NCBI GenBank assembly: GCA_021785655.1
Contig: JAJYET010000004.1
Span: 8,907 to 72,906 of the forward strand
Source: a bacterium
Lineage (GTDB): Bacteria > Chloroflexota > Dormibacteria > Aeolococcales > Bog-877
Reading direction: 5' to 3'
DNA length: 64,000 nucleotides
The position numbers and the translations under genes are program-made. Under the pieces are notes generated by a model. That model worked only from the letters and a program-made list of their open reading frames with translations, searched no databases and had not been told where the DNA came from. This document shows positions 8,640-19,463 of this stretch, in pieces. Within the stretch, counting starts at the first letter, position 1, and each line of letters begins with the position of its first letter.

Positions 8640-9588
8640 CGATGGGGGCGACCACCTTGAGAGGCTGGAATCGGAGGCCGGCCAGGGTGCCGACCGCCAA
8701 GAGCCGGCCGTCCGGGCCGTGGGCCCGCACCTCCCCCGCCGCCGGCTGTCCCTGGGGTCCACGCTGCAGCCAGGCGCCCTGGCCACGCTGGACGGAGGCC
8801 GCGGCCCCGGGCAGGAGGTCGACGCGGGGCATCCCCTGGACCGCGGCCTCCGGGGGCAGGAGGAGCGACCGGGGGTCGTCCGCCTCCAGCAGTTGGGAGA
8901 CGGACACCGACTGCTCCAGGTGAAACGGTCCGTAGGCGGTGCGTTCCAGCCAGGCCAGCACCCCACCCACGGCCAGCCGCTCCCCCAGGTCAGTCGCCAG
9001 CACCCTGAGGTAGGTGCCCTTGCCGCAGACGACCTCCACCTCCGCCTCGGCCACCTCCCCAGGGGTGAACGCCAGGACCCGGATGCTGTGGATCTCGGCC
9101 ACCCGGGGCTTGCGTTCCACGGTCACCCCCTGCCGCGCCAGCTCGTAGAGGTGGCGACCCTGATGGCGGACCGCGGAGTGCATCGGCGGAACTTGTTCTA
9201 TCCTGCCGACGAAGCCCTCCAGCGCCTTCTCCACCAGGGCTCGGTCCAGAGCCGCGGCGGAGGATCCGGGCCGAACCTCCCCCTCGAGATCACCCGTGTC
9301 GGATGTCTCTCCGAGTCGGAGGCGCGCCCGGTAGGTCTTGGGCTCGCGCAGGATGTACTCCACGAGCCTGGTGGCCCGCCCCACACACAGGGGCAGCACC
9401 CCGGTGGCAGCCGGGTCGAGGGTGCCGGCGTGCCCGATGTGCCGCTCCCCGAGCGCCCGGCGGGCGTCCCGAATGGCGGCGAACGAGGTGATGCCGGCGG
9501 GCTTGGCCAGATTGAGCACTCCGGTCACTCCCGGCGGCCGACCGGCGCGGCGGAGCGGGTTGGGAACCAGGTCGACCGGAGCCGTCAA
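8632..9588 (-). CDS. truB: tRNA pseudouridine(55) synthase
   Basis: KPAGITS, GHAGTLDP, QVPPMHSA, CGKGTYLR. Confidence 0.97.
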   Translation of the reverse strand: MTAPVDLVPNPLRRAGRPPGVTGVLNLAKPAGITSFAAIRDARRALGERHIGHAGTLDPAATGVLPLCVGRATRLVEYILREPKTYRARLRLGETSDTGDLEGEVRPGSSAAALDRALVEKALEGFVGRIEQVPPMHSAVRHQGRHLYELARQGVTVERKPRVAEIHSIRVLAFTPGEVAEAEVEVVCGKGTYLRVLATDLGERLAVGGVLAWLERTAYGPFHLEQSVSVSQLLEADDPRSLLLPPEAAVQGMPRVDLLPGAAASVQRGQGAWLQRGPQGQPAAGEVRAHGPDGRLLAVGTLAGLRFQPLKVVAPIGG

Positions 9589-10559
9589 ACCTCGCCCTCG
9601 TCCAGCACGGCAGCGCGCGCTCGCCGCAGCACGGCATCCTCGGCCTCCAACAGTCCGGAGCGAAGCTCGGCACCCGCTGCCCTGAAGTGGCCCCCACCGC
9701 CCAGGTCGGCCACCAGCTCGTGCGCCGCCAGCCTCCCGCGCGTCCTGAGGCTCACCTTGGTGAGCCCCTCACCCGCCTCCTTGAACAGGAGGGCGCAGCG
9801 CATGGTGTCCAGGGTCTGGAGGAGGTCGATGATCCCCTCGGTCTCCTCCAGGGCCGCCCCAGCCTCCCGCAGCATCTGCTGGGTCACCGCCGTCCAGATG
9901 AGTCGCCCCCCCAGCTCGTAGTGGGCGGCGCTGGCGGCCAGCGCCTGAAGGCGCAGGGTGGTGGCCGGTCTCCACTTGTAGGAGCGCAGTGCCACGAACG
10001 CCGGGTCAGCCCCCAGGTCCACCAGCTCGGCCGCCGCATGGAGCACCGGTCCCGAGGTGTTGTCATGCCGGAACCCACCCGTGTCGGTGAAGATGGCCGC
10101 ATACAGGTTGGTCGCCATGTCCGGGGTGATCTCCGCCCCCCACTGGCGCAGGAGGGAGAGCACCACCATCCCGGTGGCGGCAGCCTGACGGTCGACCACC
10201 CCGAGATCCCCGAAGCCGTCGTTGCTGATGTGATGGTCGAAGAGGATGGTGAGAGGAGCCGTGGCGATGCGCTGCCCCAGGTCGCCGAAGCGGGACGGAC
10301 TGCCGGCGTCGAAGGCAATCACCGTGGAACCCGGGGTGATGTCCTCCTGGTTGACGCGCCGGAAGCCGGGCAGGTAGGAGAGCCCCTGGGGCACCGGCCT
10401 GGGGGCCAGCACCGCCACCCGCTTCCCTCGCTGATCCAGGTATTCGGCAAAGGCCAGGGCGGATCCCAGGGAGTCGGCGTCGGCGTCCTGGTGGGCGACC
10501 AGTACGAAGTCCTCACTCTCATCCAGAGCCGCGGTGATCGCCGCCAGGCTCTCAATCAT
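9585..10559 (-). CDS. nrnA: DHH family phosphoesterase (NrnA-like)
   Basis: HQDADADSLGS, DHH, TDTGGF, GGGGHFRAAG. Confidence 0.9.
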   Translation of the reverse strand: MIESLAAITAALDESEDFVLVAHQDADADSLGSALAFAEYLDQRGKRVAVLAPRPVPQGLSYLPGFRRVNQEDITPGSTVIAFDAGSPSRFGDLGQRIATAPLTILFDHHISNDGFGDLGVVDRQAAATGMVVLSLLRQWGAEITPDMATNLYAAIFTDTGGFRHDNTSGPVLHAAAELVDLGADPAFVALRSYKWRPATTLRLQALAASAAHYELGGRLIWTAVTQQMLREAGAALEETEGIIDLLQTLDTMRCALLFKEAGEGLTKVSLRTRGRLAAHELVADLGGGGHFRAAGAELRSGLLEAEDAVLRRARAAVLDEGEV

Positions 10560-10932
10560 CCGATCCAGCCCCGGGATCGGCGGCCAGGGAGGTGAGCAGC
10601 TGGTTCACTCTGGTGCCGCGGACGATGGAGTCGTCCAGCCGAAAGTCGAGCCGGGGAACCCGACGGAGGTTCTCCAGCCGGTCCCCGAGAAGATGGCGCA
10701 GATACCCGGTCATCCCCTTCAGGGCCGCCAGGGTGCGCCGCCGCTCGGCGTCGTCGCCCAGGGAACTCACCCGCACGAGCGCCACCGACAGGTCGGGGGC
10801 GCAATCCACCTCGAGCACCGACACCAGGTTCAGCCGCGGATCCTTGACGTCCTGGGCGAGCGCCACCGCCAGCTCCTGGCGCAGCTGCGCGTTGAGCCGC
10901 TCTCGCCGGTGGCCCGGGGAGGAGGGGCTCAT
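10552..10932 (-). CDS. rbfA: Ribosome-binding factor A
   Basis: VKDPRL, DLSVA, LRRVPRLDFRLD; operon position. Confidence 0.95.
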   Translation of the reverse strand: MSPSSPGHRRERLNAQLRQELAVALAQDVKDPRLNLVSVLEVDCAPDLSVALVRVSSLGDDAERRRTLAALKGMTGYLRHLLGDRLENLRRVPRLDFRLDDSIVRGTRVNQLLTSLAADPGAGSDD

Positions 10933-10953
10933 GCGCCGACTCCGCCACCACCA

Positions 10954-12705
10954 TCAGCGATTGCGCTGCTGCACCACATAGGACTCCAGCACGTCACCCT
11001 CAGCGAAGTCCTGGTAGGCGCCCAGGTCGATGCCGCACTCGTAGCCGGCGGCCACCTCGCGCACGTCGTCCTTGAACCGGCGCAGGGACTCGATCCGGGC
11101 CCGCTGCACCTCCTTGCCATCCCGCTTCACGACCACGGTGGAGCCCCGGGTGAGCTTGCCCTCTGTCACCTGCGAGCCGGCGATCATGCCGCTCCGGGGC
11201 ACCCGGATGGCCATCTTGACCTCGGCTCGGCCCTCGAACACCTCCTCGAAGGTGGGCTCGTGCATACCCTGGATGGCCCGCTCGATGTCGTCGGTGATCT
11301 GGTAGACCACGTCGTAGGTCCGTACGTCGATTCCCTGCCGCTCGGCAGCAGCTCGGGCACCGACATCGGGCCGGACGTTGAAGCCGACGACGATGGCGTT
11401 GGCGGCCGCCGCCAGATCGACATCGGCCTCGCTTATCGGACCAACGCCCTCATAGACCAGCCGCAGCCGAACTGTGGGATCGGAGAACTTGACCAGAGTG
11501 GAGCGGAGCGCTTCCAGGGCCCCGTGGGTGTCCGCCTTGACGACCAGGTCCAGGTCGCGAAGCTGCTCCTCCCCCTGGCGGCTGAGCTCCGCCAGGCTCA
11601 CCCGACGGGCATCCACGCGCCCCTGGCGAACGGCCGCCCTGGCGCCCTCGGCCAGCGCCTTCGCCTCCTTCTCGCTGGCCACCACCAGGAGTCGGTCCCC
11701 CGCGACGGCCACCTCTGGCAGTCCGGCCACCTGGGCGGGCAGCCCGGGAGGGCAACCGTCGATGCGCTTTCCGGTGTCGTCTATGAGGTCCCGGACCCGT
11801 CCCGCGACCGCCCCCACCACGAAGTGATCCTGGCGGCGCAGGGTCCCCTCCTGCACCAGGACGGACGCCACCGGACCGCGCCCTCGATCCATCTGGGAGT
11901 CGATCACCACCGCCTCCGCGGGAGCCTTGGGATCGGCCATCGGGGGATTCAGGTCGGTGACCAGAAGGATCATCTCCAGGAGGTGATCCAATCCCTCTCC
12001 GGTCTTCGCTGAGACGGGGACGCTGACCACGTCGCCGCCGAAGTCCTCGACCACCACCCCGTGCTCGGCGAGCTGCTGCTTCACCCGGTCGGGGTGGGCG
12101 TCCTCCAGGTCGATCTTGTTGATCGCCACCAGGATGGGGACCCCGGAGTTCCGCACATGCTGGATGGCCTCCTCGGTCTGGGGCATGACCCCGTCGTTGG
12201 CAGCCACCACCAGCACCGCCAGATCGGTGATGTTCGCTCCCCTGGCCCGCATGGCCGTGAAGGCGGCGTGGCCCGGGGTGTCGATGAAGGTGATCAGCCT
12301 CCCCTCCCGCCGCACCACCGAGGCGCCGATCCGCTGGGTGATGCCACCAGCCTCCCGTGCCGCCACGTTGGACTCGCGGATGGCATCCAGCAGGCTGGTC
12401 TTGCCGTGGTCGACATGCCCCAGGACGGTCACCACCGGAGGCCGGGGCGAGAGGCCCTTCCGGCCCTCGTCCCGCACCACCCGCCCCGTGGCCGGCGCCT
12501 CCTGGGGACCGGCCTCGGCCAACTCGATCTCCAGGGCTTCGGCCACCAGCCGGGCCGTGCCGAGATCGATGGACTGGTTGATGGTGGCCAGGATCCCTCG
12601 CTGAAGCAGGGCCTTCGACACCTCGGCGGAGGAAACCCCGAGAGCCTCGGCCAGCGACTTGACCGTGAGATTGGCGGGGAGTTCCACCCTCTTCAGCTTC
12701 GCGAT
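10954..12705 (-). CDS. infB: Translation initiation factor IF-2 (short form); start probably ATC at 12705, alternative ATG at 12738
   Basis: [31 protein letters not shown]. Confidence 0.95.
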   Translation of the reverse strand: MAKLKRVELPANLTVKSLAEALGVSSAEVSKALLQRGILATINQSIDLGTARLVAEALEIELAEAGPQEAPATGRVVRDEGRKGLSPRPPVVTVLGHVDHGKTSLLDAIRESNVAAREAGGITQRIGASVVRREGRLITFIDTPGHAAFTAMRARGANITDLAVLVVAANDGVMPQTEEAIQHVRNSGVPILVAINKIDLEDAHPDRVKQQLAEHGVVVEDFGGDVVSVPVSAKTGEGLDHLLEMILLVTDLNPPMADPKAPAEAVVIDSQMDRGRGPVASVLVQEGTLRRQDHFVVGAVAGRVRDLIDDTGKRIDGCPPGLPAQVAGLPEVAVAGDRLLVVASEKEAKALAEGARAAVRQGRVDARRVSLAELSRQGEEQLRDLDLVVKADTHGALEALRSTLVKFSDPTVRLRLVYEGVGPISEADVDLAAAANAIVVGFNVRPDVGARAAAERQGIDVRTYDVVYQITDDIERAIQGMHEPTFEEVFEGRAEVKMAIRVPRSGMIAGSQVTEGKLTRGSTVVVKRDGKEVQRARIESLRRFKDDVREVAAGYECGIDLGAYQDFAEGDVLESYVVQQRNR

Positions 12706-13094
12706 TGCACTTCCTCCTGCCCCCGGACTGGGCCCCATCCGGTCTCTGGGGCTGAATTGGAGATCATACTGGCCACCAGGCCAGCCACACGCTCTGGAAC
12801 TGGCACTCCGGCCGGAAGGTGCAGGGCCCGTTGCAACGCCCGCCTACGCCTGGCCGCCTCCCAGCACTCCATCTTGGCACAGATGTATGCCCCCCGTCCG
12901 GCGGCCCGCCCGCCCGCGTCCACGTCCAGCGTCTCGCCGAGCCGGCGCAGCCGGATCAGCTGCCACTTCGAGTGGGTCTCTCGACAGCCGACGCAGGTTC
13001 GCAGGGGCCAATGCTCGGGTGACCTCGGGGAGGGCCCGCTCCCCGGAGCCGGGAACGCCGGGGTCACGTCCGACTCGGGCCGGGGCCGGACCAC
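12693..13094 (-). CDS. ylxR: YlxR/DUF448 family protein
   Basis: PLRTCVGCR, GRGAYIC; between nusA and infB; start uncertain. Confidence 0.88.
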   Translation of the reverse strand: MVRPRPESDVTPAFPAPGSGPSPRSPEHWPLRTCVGCRETHSKWQLIRLRRLGETLDVDAGGRAAGRGAYICAKMECWEAARRRRALQRALHLPAGVPVPERVAGLVASMISNSAPETGWGPVRGQEEVQSRS

Positions 13095-13122
13095 CTGGTG
13101 ACCGCCGCCCCCGCACCCCGGA

Positions 13123-14100
13123 TCACTGCGCTGTCTCGGGCACCCGGATGTCTATGCGCCATCCCGTGAGTCGGGCCGCCAGCCGGGCATTCCGGCCCTC
13201 CTTGCCGATCGCCAGCGAGAGTAGCTCCGGGGCCACCTCGACCACCGCCCGGTGGCCGTCCTCGTCCAGCCGGACGCCGACCACCGGAGCCGGAGCCAGA
13301 GCCCGGGCCACGAAGGTGGCGGCGTCGTCCGCCCACTCGACGATGTCGACCTCCTCGCCCGCCAGCTCCCCGACCACCGCCCGGATCCGGGTGCTCTTCG
13401 GCCCGATACAGGCGCCCTTGGGGTCGAGGCCAGGTCGAAGCGACTCCACCGCGACCTTGGCCCGCACCCCGGGCTCGCGGGTGGCCGCGCGGATGACGAC
13501 CTCCCCCGAGGCGATCTCGGGGACCTCTATCTCCAGGAGACGGCGCAGGAGCAGCGGGGAGGTGCGGGAGGCCCGGACCTCGATCATCTCCGGCCCCCCG
13601 CGGCGGGACTCCAGCATGACAACCTTGAGGTGGCGCCCGAGCGCCAGGCGCTCACCCGGGATCTGCTCACTCGGGCCGAGCACCGCCTGGAGATGGCCGG
13701 CCCGCAGAAACCACGTGCCGCCGGCCTGGCGCTCCACCACCCCATCCATGAGCTGTCCACGGTGCTCGACCGCCTCCGCGGCCAAACGATCGCGCCTCGT
13801 CTCCTCCAGCTGCCGGGCGAGACGGACCCGGGCCAGCCGCGCCGCCCGCGCCACCACGTGCGGCGCCAGGGAGATGGGCGCCGGCTCCCCCTCTCCGAGG
13901 GACACCACCTCCACCGCACCCCCGGCGGCGAGCCTGACGGCGATGTGGCCGGCGACCGGATTCCCAGCCTCCGCCAGCGCCTCGGAGAGGGCGAGGGACA
14001 CCTCCTCCATGAGCCGCGCGGGGTCGACACCCAATTCCTCCCAGACCGCCGCCAGGGCCGAGTCCAGGTCGCGCGGAGAGCCGCCCCCCGGGGTCGTCAA
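13123..14100 (-). CDS. nusA: Transcription factor NusA
   Basis: S1 domain, EVPEI, REPGVRAKVAV, GACIG, LSLAIGKEGRNARLAARLTGWRIDI. Confidence 0.96.
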   Translation of the reverse strand: MTTPGGGSPRDLDSALAAVWEELGVDPARLMEEVSLALSEALAEAGNPVAGHIAVRLAAGGAVEVVSLGEGEPAPISLAPHVVARAARLARVRLARQLEETRRDRLAAEAVEHRGQLMDGVVERQAGGTWFLRAGHLQAVLGPSEQIPGERLALGRHLKVVMLESRRGGPEMIEVRASRTSPLLLRRLLEIEVPEIASGEVVIRAATREPGVRAKVAVESLRPGLDPKGACIGPKSTRIRAVVGELAGEEVDIVEWADDAATFVARALAPAPVVGVRLDEDGHRAVVEVAPELLSLAIGKEGRNARLAARLTGWRIDIRVPETAQ

Positions 14101-14585
14101 AGATCCACCACCACCTGGACGGAGACCAGGTCTGACCGCTCCAGCTCGATCCGCTGGGGACGCCCGCTGCGGCGGCGAGCCTCCAGCTCCAGAAGCCGGT
14201 CCGAGACCGCGGTCAGCCGGCCCTCGACGACCGCCTCCTGACCGGATCGCGCCACCACCACCCGGAGGCGACGCCCAAGGCTGGCGCGCAACTCCTCATC
14301 GGTGGTCAGCTTCCGCTCCGCCCCGGGGGAACTGACCTCCAGCGAGTAGGACTCGGGGAGCTCGGCGCCGTGCAGGTCGAGCACCCCGGAGATGGCCAGG
14401 CTGGCGGCACCGCACTCGTCCACGGTTACCCCGCCGGGACGGTCCACGGTCACCCGCAGGGTCGGGCCGCCGCGGCCCCCAGCCCAGGAAACCCCGACCA
14501 GGGTGAGGCCCAGCTCCAGGACTGGAGCCCGCACCAGGCTCCCGAGGCGGGTGGGGTCGATCTGCGACCCAGGCTCGCCCTTCAC
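14097..14585 (-). CDS. rimP: Ribosome maturation factor RimP
   Basis: GVTVDEC, YSLEVSSPGAERKL. Confidence 0.95.
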   Translation of the reverse strand: MKGEPGSQIDPTRLGSLVRAPVLELGLTLVGVSWAGGRGGPTLRVTVDRPGGVTVDECGAASLAISGVLDLHGAELPESYSLEVSSPGAERKLTTDEELRASLGRRLRVVVARSGQEAVVEGRLTAVSDRLLELEARRRSGRPQRIELERSDLVSVQVVVDL

Positions 14586-14609
14586 AACCTCCCCACCGGG
14601 GGCCAGCCC

Positions 14610-17177
14610 TCAGCGCCGGGTGGCGGGGATCGCCGCTACCCGAGACCCGCCGCCCCGGCGCACCACCGCCTGCCGGTCGAGTTGCCGCCAGGCGGTGAGC
14701 AGGGTCGCCGCGTTGAAGATGGAGGAATAGGTGCCCGAGAAGATGCCGATGAGCAGGGCGAGGACGAATCCCTGGACCGAGGCCCCTCCCAGGAGCACCA
14801 GGGTGAGCAGCACGAAGAGAACCGTGAGCGAGGTGTTCAGGGAGCGGGACATGGTCTGAGCGATCGAGAGGTTGACCACCTGGTCGAAGGTCATCCTCGG
14901 CCCCTGGACCCTCAGGTTCTCCCGGATCCGGTCGAAGACCACGATGGTGTCGTGGACGGAGAAACCGACCACGGTGAGCACCGCACTGACGAACAGGGCG
15001 TCGACCGAGCCCAGCTGGGTGAAGTGCCCCAGGATGGCCCACAACCCAACCAGCACGAAGACGTCGTGGAGCAGGGCCGCCATGGCACACAGGGCGAACC
15101 GGCGGGCGCTGATCATCGTCTGGGAGAAGCGGAAACCGAGATAGACCGAGATGAGGGCGGCGGCCACCACCACCAGAAGGACCGAGCTGACCACGAGGCT
15201 GCTGGCGATGGTCGGGCCGACCGTGCTCTCACTGAGGTTGAGGGAGCCCGAGTGGTCCTTGGTGATCCCGAAGTGCTGGTCGAGGGCCTGGTTGATCCTC
15301 GTGAGCTCACTCGCTGCGATGGGCTGGGTGGTGATCGAGTAGTAGTTGTTGGACTCCGCCAGCACCTGAGGGTGGCTGGGGCGGTAGGTGTCGGTGACCA
15401 CCCTCTGGACCACGGCCGCGGTGGTCGGCTGGTGTAGCTGCACGCTGATCGAGTCCCCCCCGGTGAAGTCGATGCCCAGGTTGAAGCCGGCGAAGAGGAT
15501 GGTGATGATCCCGGGAACGATGACGATCAGCGAGGCCGCGAAGTACCAGTTGCGGTGGGTGACGACATCGAATCGGCTGCCCGAGCTGAAGGTGGTCTTG
15601 AGGCGGTCGGTCGGCAGGATCCGGGTGTAGAGGGTGGGGCGGCGGGCGAAGGCGAACCAGCGCTGGACGTAGCGCAGCAAAGAGTGGGTGATCACGATGG
15701 CCGAGAACATGCTCACGGCCACCCCGATGAACAGGGTGAGGGCAAAGCCCTGCACGTCCGACGCCCCGAAGAAGTACAGGACGGTGCAGGTGATCATGGT
15801 GGCGATGTTGGAGTCCCGGATCGCCGGCCAGGCCCGGCGAAAGCCGTATTCGACCGCCAACTCCAGGGGCCGCCCCTGGCGCAGTTCCTCCTTGGTTCTT
15901 TCGAAGATCAGCACATTGGCGTCGACGGCCATCCCCACGCTGAGGATGAACCCCGCCAGGCCCGGCAGGGTGATGACCACCGGGATGAGCTCGTAGACCG
16001 CCAGGACGATGAGGGCGTAGCAGATGAGGGCCACGCTGGCCAGGAAGCCGGGGAAGCGGTAGTAGGCGATCATGAAGATGATCACCAGCGCCAGCCCCAG
16101 GGCCCCGGCCCGAAGGCTCTGGGCGACCGACTGCCGGCCCAGGGTGGCGGACACGGTCGTCGACTGCAGAACCCCGATCTGGGCCGGCAGCGCCCCGGCG
16201 TTGATGTTGTTGACCAGCGCCTGAGCCGAGTTGAAGGTGAAGTTCCCGGTGATCTCAGTCTGGTTGCTGCTCGGCCCCTCGACGCAGGGCGCGGTTAGGA
16301 CCTCGTTGTCCAGGAAGATCGCCACCTGGGCGGAAGGGGGCGGCGGGGTCGAACAGGAGCCGCCCGTCCCGGTGGTGCTGCAGAGGGGGTTGTTGGCGCA
16401 GGCCTTGGTGGTGACCTGGCTCCAGACCGACGCCCCCTGGCTGTCGAAGGTGATGTCCACGGCGTAGCCGCCGCCCGGGTTCTGGCCCACCGCCGCCGAG
16501 GCGACCGCCGAGGCGGGAAGGTTCTTGATGATCTTCCAGTGGTAGGCGGCTCCGGTGGACGACACCGGATAGAAGGTGGTGCTGTTGAACTGGCAGCTGG
16601 CCTTGGCATGCCCCGGGGGGAAGCACGAGCTGGGGACCAGCTGGTTCTGGTCGATGCAGGTCTGGGTGGTGCAGGTGCCGGGTTGACCGTTGACCGTGGG
16701 CTTGCCCGGCACGGCCACGGCGAAATGCAGCTGAGCCGTGGACCCCAGGGTCTTGAGGGCCTGGCCGATGCCCACCCCGGGGAGCTGGACCAGGATCTGA
16801 TTGCTCCCCTGGGCCTGGACCTGGGTGTCGGCGACCCCCAGCGAGTTCACCCGCCGCTGGATGATGGTGAGGCTGGCCGACTGCGCCTCGGCGAGGGTCT
16901 TCCCCTTGGGAAGGCCGGTGCGGCAGCCGATCCCCGGTGGGTTGTTGGGCCCAAGGCAGATGGCGAGGGTCAGTGAGGTGCCACCCTGCAGGTCCAGACC
17001 CTTGTGGATATAGGGCTGGGCCCCCAGCAGGGCCGGGTGCTGGTTCGCCGGATAGGAGGCAGTGACCGCCTTGTGGCGCACCAAGAGGTTGTAGATCTGG
17101 GGGTAGGCGTCCACCACGATGGCCCCCACGACCAGCACCAAGACGAGTCCCAGCCACCACCGGTTGATCCGGATCAA
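14610..17177 (-). CDS. secDF: Protein translocase SecDF fusion
   Basis: GLDLQGG, RRVNSLG, GMAVDANVLIFER (SecD); LGIDFTGG, GFSVHDTIVVFDRIRE, GTYSSIF (SecF). Confidence 0.96.
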   Translation of the reverse strand: MIRINRWWLGLVLVLVVGAIVVDAYPQIYNLLVRHKAVTASYPANQHPALLGAQPYIHKGLDLQGGTSLTLAICLGPNNPPGIGCRTGLPKGKTLAEAQSASLTIIQRRVNSLGVADTQVQAQGSNQILVQLPGVGIGQALKTLGSTAQLHFAVAVPGKPTVNGQPGTCTTQTCIDQNQLVPSSCFPPGHAKASCQFNSTTFYPVSSTGAAYHWKIIKNLPASAVASAAVGQNPGGGYAVDITFDSQGASVWSQVTTKACANNPLCSTTGTGGSCSTPPPPSAQVAIFLDNEVLTAPCVEGPSSNQTEITGNFTFNSAQALVNNINAGALPAQIGVLQSTTVSATLGRQSVAQSLRAGALGLALVIIFMIAYYRFPGFLASVALICYALIVLAVYELIPVVITLPGLAGFILSVGMAVDANVLIFERTKEELRQGRPLELAVEYGFRRAWPAIRDSNIATMITCTVLYFFGASDVQGFALTLFIGVAVSMFSAIVITHSLLRYVQRWFAFARRPTLYTRILPTDRLKTTFSSGSRFDVVTHRNWYFAASLIVIVPGIITILFAGFNLGIDFTGGDSISVQLHQPTTAAVVQRVVTDTYRPSHPQVLAESNNYYSITTQPIAASELTRINQALDQHFGITKDHSGSLNLSESTVGPTIASSLVVSSVLLVVVAAALISVYLGFRFSQTMISARRFALCAMAALLHDVFVLVGLWAILGHFTQLGSVDALFVSAVLTVVGFSVHDTIVVFDRIRENLRVQGPRMTFDQVVNLSIAQTMSRSLNTSLTVLFVLLTLVLLGGASVQGFVLALLIGIFSGTYSSIFNAATLLTAWRQLDRQAVVRRGGGSRVAAIPATRR

Positions 17178-17276
17178 GTCTTCTGTGCCCGCCGGAGTGA
17201 GTTGCTGGTCATCGCGAGTCCTAGATTCTAGCCGTCCGGGCTCGCGGCTCCCGCTCGGGCCACGGGCGCGTGGCCC

Positions 17277-18326
17277 TCAATCCCCCGGGAAGAGAGGGGG
17301 CTCCGGCGGCGGAGCGACCAGATGTGGAGGTGGCGCCATCCCCAGGTGGCGGTAGGCGCCCGCGGTGGCCATCCGGCCCCGGGGAGTCCGCTGCAGCAGG
17401 CCCAGCTGGAGGAGGTAGGGCTCCACCACCTCCTCCAGAGTGTGGGGCTCCTCGGAGAGGGCGGCGCCCAGGGTGCCGAGCCCCACCGGCCCGCCGCCGA
17501 AGCTGGTGCAGATGAGCCGCAGGAGGCGGCGGTCGGAGTCCTGGAGCCCCAGGGAGTCGACCTCCAGGAGCTCCAGTGCCGCCTCCGTGGCCCGGCTCGT
17601 GACCGCGCCGCCCCCGCGAACCAGGGCGAAGTCGCGCACCCGGCGCAGCAGCCGGTTGGCGATCCTCGGAGTTCCCCGGGACCGGGCCGCGATCAGCGCC
17701 AGCGCCTCCGGATCCGCTGCCACCTGGAGGAGCCGGGCGGAGCGCGAAACGATGGCCAGCAGCTGCTCTGGGGTGTAGAAGTCCAGCCGGAAGGTGGCGC
17801 CGAAGCGGTCCCGGAGGGGTGCCGAGAGCATCCCCTCGCGGGTGGTGGCCCCGACGACCGTGAAGCGCTGCAGCGCCAGGCGCAGCGTCTGGGCTCCAGC
17901 CCCCTTGCCTGACACGAAGTCGAAGGCGAACTCCTCCATGGCTGGGTACAGGCTCTCCTCCACCGCCCGCTGGAGCCTGTGGACCTCGTCGATGAAGAGG
18001 ATGTCGCGCTCTCCCAGGCTGGTCAGCAGGCTCGCCAGGGCTCCCTGATGCTCCAGAGCCGGCCCGCTGGTGACCCTCAGGTTCACCCCCATCTCCGCCG
18101 CCACGATGTTGGCCAGGGTGGTCTTCCCCAGCCCCGGCGGTCCGCAGAGCAGCAGGTGCTCCACCGACTCGCGACGCATGCGAGCTGCCTCCAAGAGGAT
18201 GGCCAGCTGATCCTTGACCGGCTCCTGGCCCACGAATTCGGAGAGCCGCTGCGGACGCAGCTGGCGGTCGAGCTCCGGCTCGTCGGCGCCGACCTGCGGC
18301 TCGTAGATCCCGTCGGGCTCGCTCAC
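17277..18326 (-). CDS. ruvB: Holliday junction helicase RuvB
   Basis: [31 protein letters not shown]. Confidence 0.98.
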   Translation of the reverse strand: MSEPDGIYEPQVGADEPELDRQLRPQRLSEFVGQEPVKDQLAILLEAARMRRESVEHLLLCGPPGLGKTTLANIVAAEMGVNLRVTSGPALEHQGALASLLTSLGERDILFIDEVHRLQRAVEESLYPAMEEFAFDFVSGKGAGAQTLRLALQRFTVVGATTREGMLSAPLRDRFGATFRLDFYTPEQLLAIVSRSARLLQVAADPEALALIAARSRGTPRIANRLLRRVRDFALVRGGGAVTSRATEAALELLEVDSLGLQDSDRRLLRLICTSFGGGPVGLGTLGAALSEEPHTLEEVVEPYLLQLGLLQRTPRGRMATAGAYRHLGMAPPPHLVAPPPEPPLFPGD

Positions 18327-18940
18327 CGCCGGACCGCCGCAGGGCGGAGCCGTTGCAATGCGATCCTCACCAACTCCTCCACCGTGGGCGACTCCTCCCC
18401 CCGGGCGGCGTTAAGACCTGCTCCGACGGCCTCCCGCGCCTGCTGGGCGGAGAAGCCCAGCTGGACCAGCGCCTCGACCGCCCGCTCCACCGGGGCCCCG
18501 CTGGACGGTGCCCTCCCCGGGGCCGAGACGATCCCCATCTGGTCGACCGTTCCCTTGAGCTCCAGCACGATCCGCCTCGCGGTCTTGACGCCGATTCCGG
18601 GGACCGCGGCCAGCACCCCGTGGTCCTCTGAGGCGATGGCCTCGGCCAGGACCCCCCACTCGGTGCGCGAGAGGATGGCCAGCGCGGCCTTGGGACCGAT
18701 CCGCTCCACCCCCAACAGGTGCCGAAAGAACACCAGCTCCTGGGGGTCAAGGAAGCCATACAGGGAGATGGCGTCGTCCCGGACCACGGTGTGCACTTCG
18801 AGCCGGACCTCCCCCACCGCAGCGCGCAAGTGGGCCGCAGTCCGCTGGTGGACGAACACCTGGTAGCCGACACCGGCGACCTCGATCACCACCGACTCCT
18901 CGTCGACCCGGCCCACCGCGCCCCGGAGCGAGGCGATCAA
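18323..18940 (-). CDS. ruvA: Holliday junction protein RuvA
   Basis: [35 protein letters not shown]. Confidence 0.97.
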   Translation of the reverse strand: MIASLRGAVGRVDEESVVIEVAGVGYQVFVHQRTAAHLRAAVGEVRLEVHTVVRDDAISLYGFLDPQELVFFRHLLGVERIGPKAALAILSRTEWGVLAEAIASEDHGVLAAVPGIGVKTARRIVLELKGTVDQMGIVSAPGRAPSSGAPVERAVEALVQLGFSAQQAREAVGAGLNAARGEESPTVEELVRIALQRLRPAAVRR

Positions 18941-19437
18941 GCCCGGCTCGCGGCGAGCGCCGAGCGAAGCCCGCTGGCGTGCTGGTGGCAGATCCCCACG
19001 GCGCAGGCATCGGTGACATCGTCCGGTGAGGTCGGCACCTTGGCCCCCAGGATCAGCTGGACCATCCGGGCCACCTGGCGCTTGTCCGCCGACCCGGACC
19101 CGGTCACGGCCCGCTTCACCTCGCCCGGGGTGTACTCGGCCACCGGGAGCCCGCGGCGCGCGGCGGCGCAGAGCAGGATGCCCCGGGCTTGGCTGACCGC
19201 CATGGCGGTGGAGACGTTCCGCCGGAAGTACAGCTTCTCGACCGCCACCACGTCGGCGCCCGCCATCCCCAGCAACTCCTCCGCCTGCTGGGAAAGCGCC
19301 AGCAGCCGCTGCGGCTCGCCCAGGTGGGCTGGGGTGGTGAGGCAGCCGGAGCCCTGCAGTCGCAGCATCCCTCCCCCACCATCCACCAGCGCCCAGCCGG
19401 TCAGGGCCAGGCCGGGGTCAAGCCCCAGGACCAACAA
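18937..19437 (-). CDS. ruvC: Crossover junction endonuclease RuvC
   Basis: GLDPG, EYTPGEVK, ADKRQV, DDVTDA. Confidence 0.97.
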   Translation of the reverse strand: MLVLGLDPGLALTGWALVDGGGGMLRLQGSGCLTTPAHLGEPQRLLALSQQAEELLGMAGADVVAVEKLYFRRNVSTAMAVSQARGILLCAAARRGLPVAEYTPGEVKRAVTGSGSADKRQVARMVQLILGAKVPTSPDDVTDACAVGICHQHASGLRSALAASRA

Positions 19438-19463
19438 CGCCCCGCCTCCGCGCGCCCCGCAGG

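Noticed and set aside
8332..14335. Long plus-strand ORFs (529, 492, 558 aa)
   Set aside because: GC-rich antisense shadows of truB, infB and nusA with no motifs
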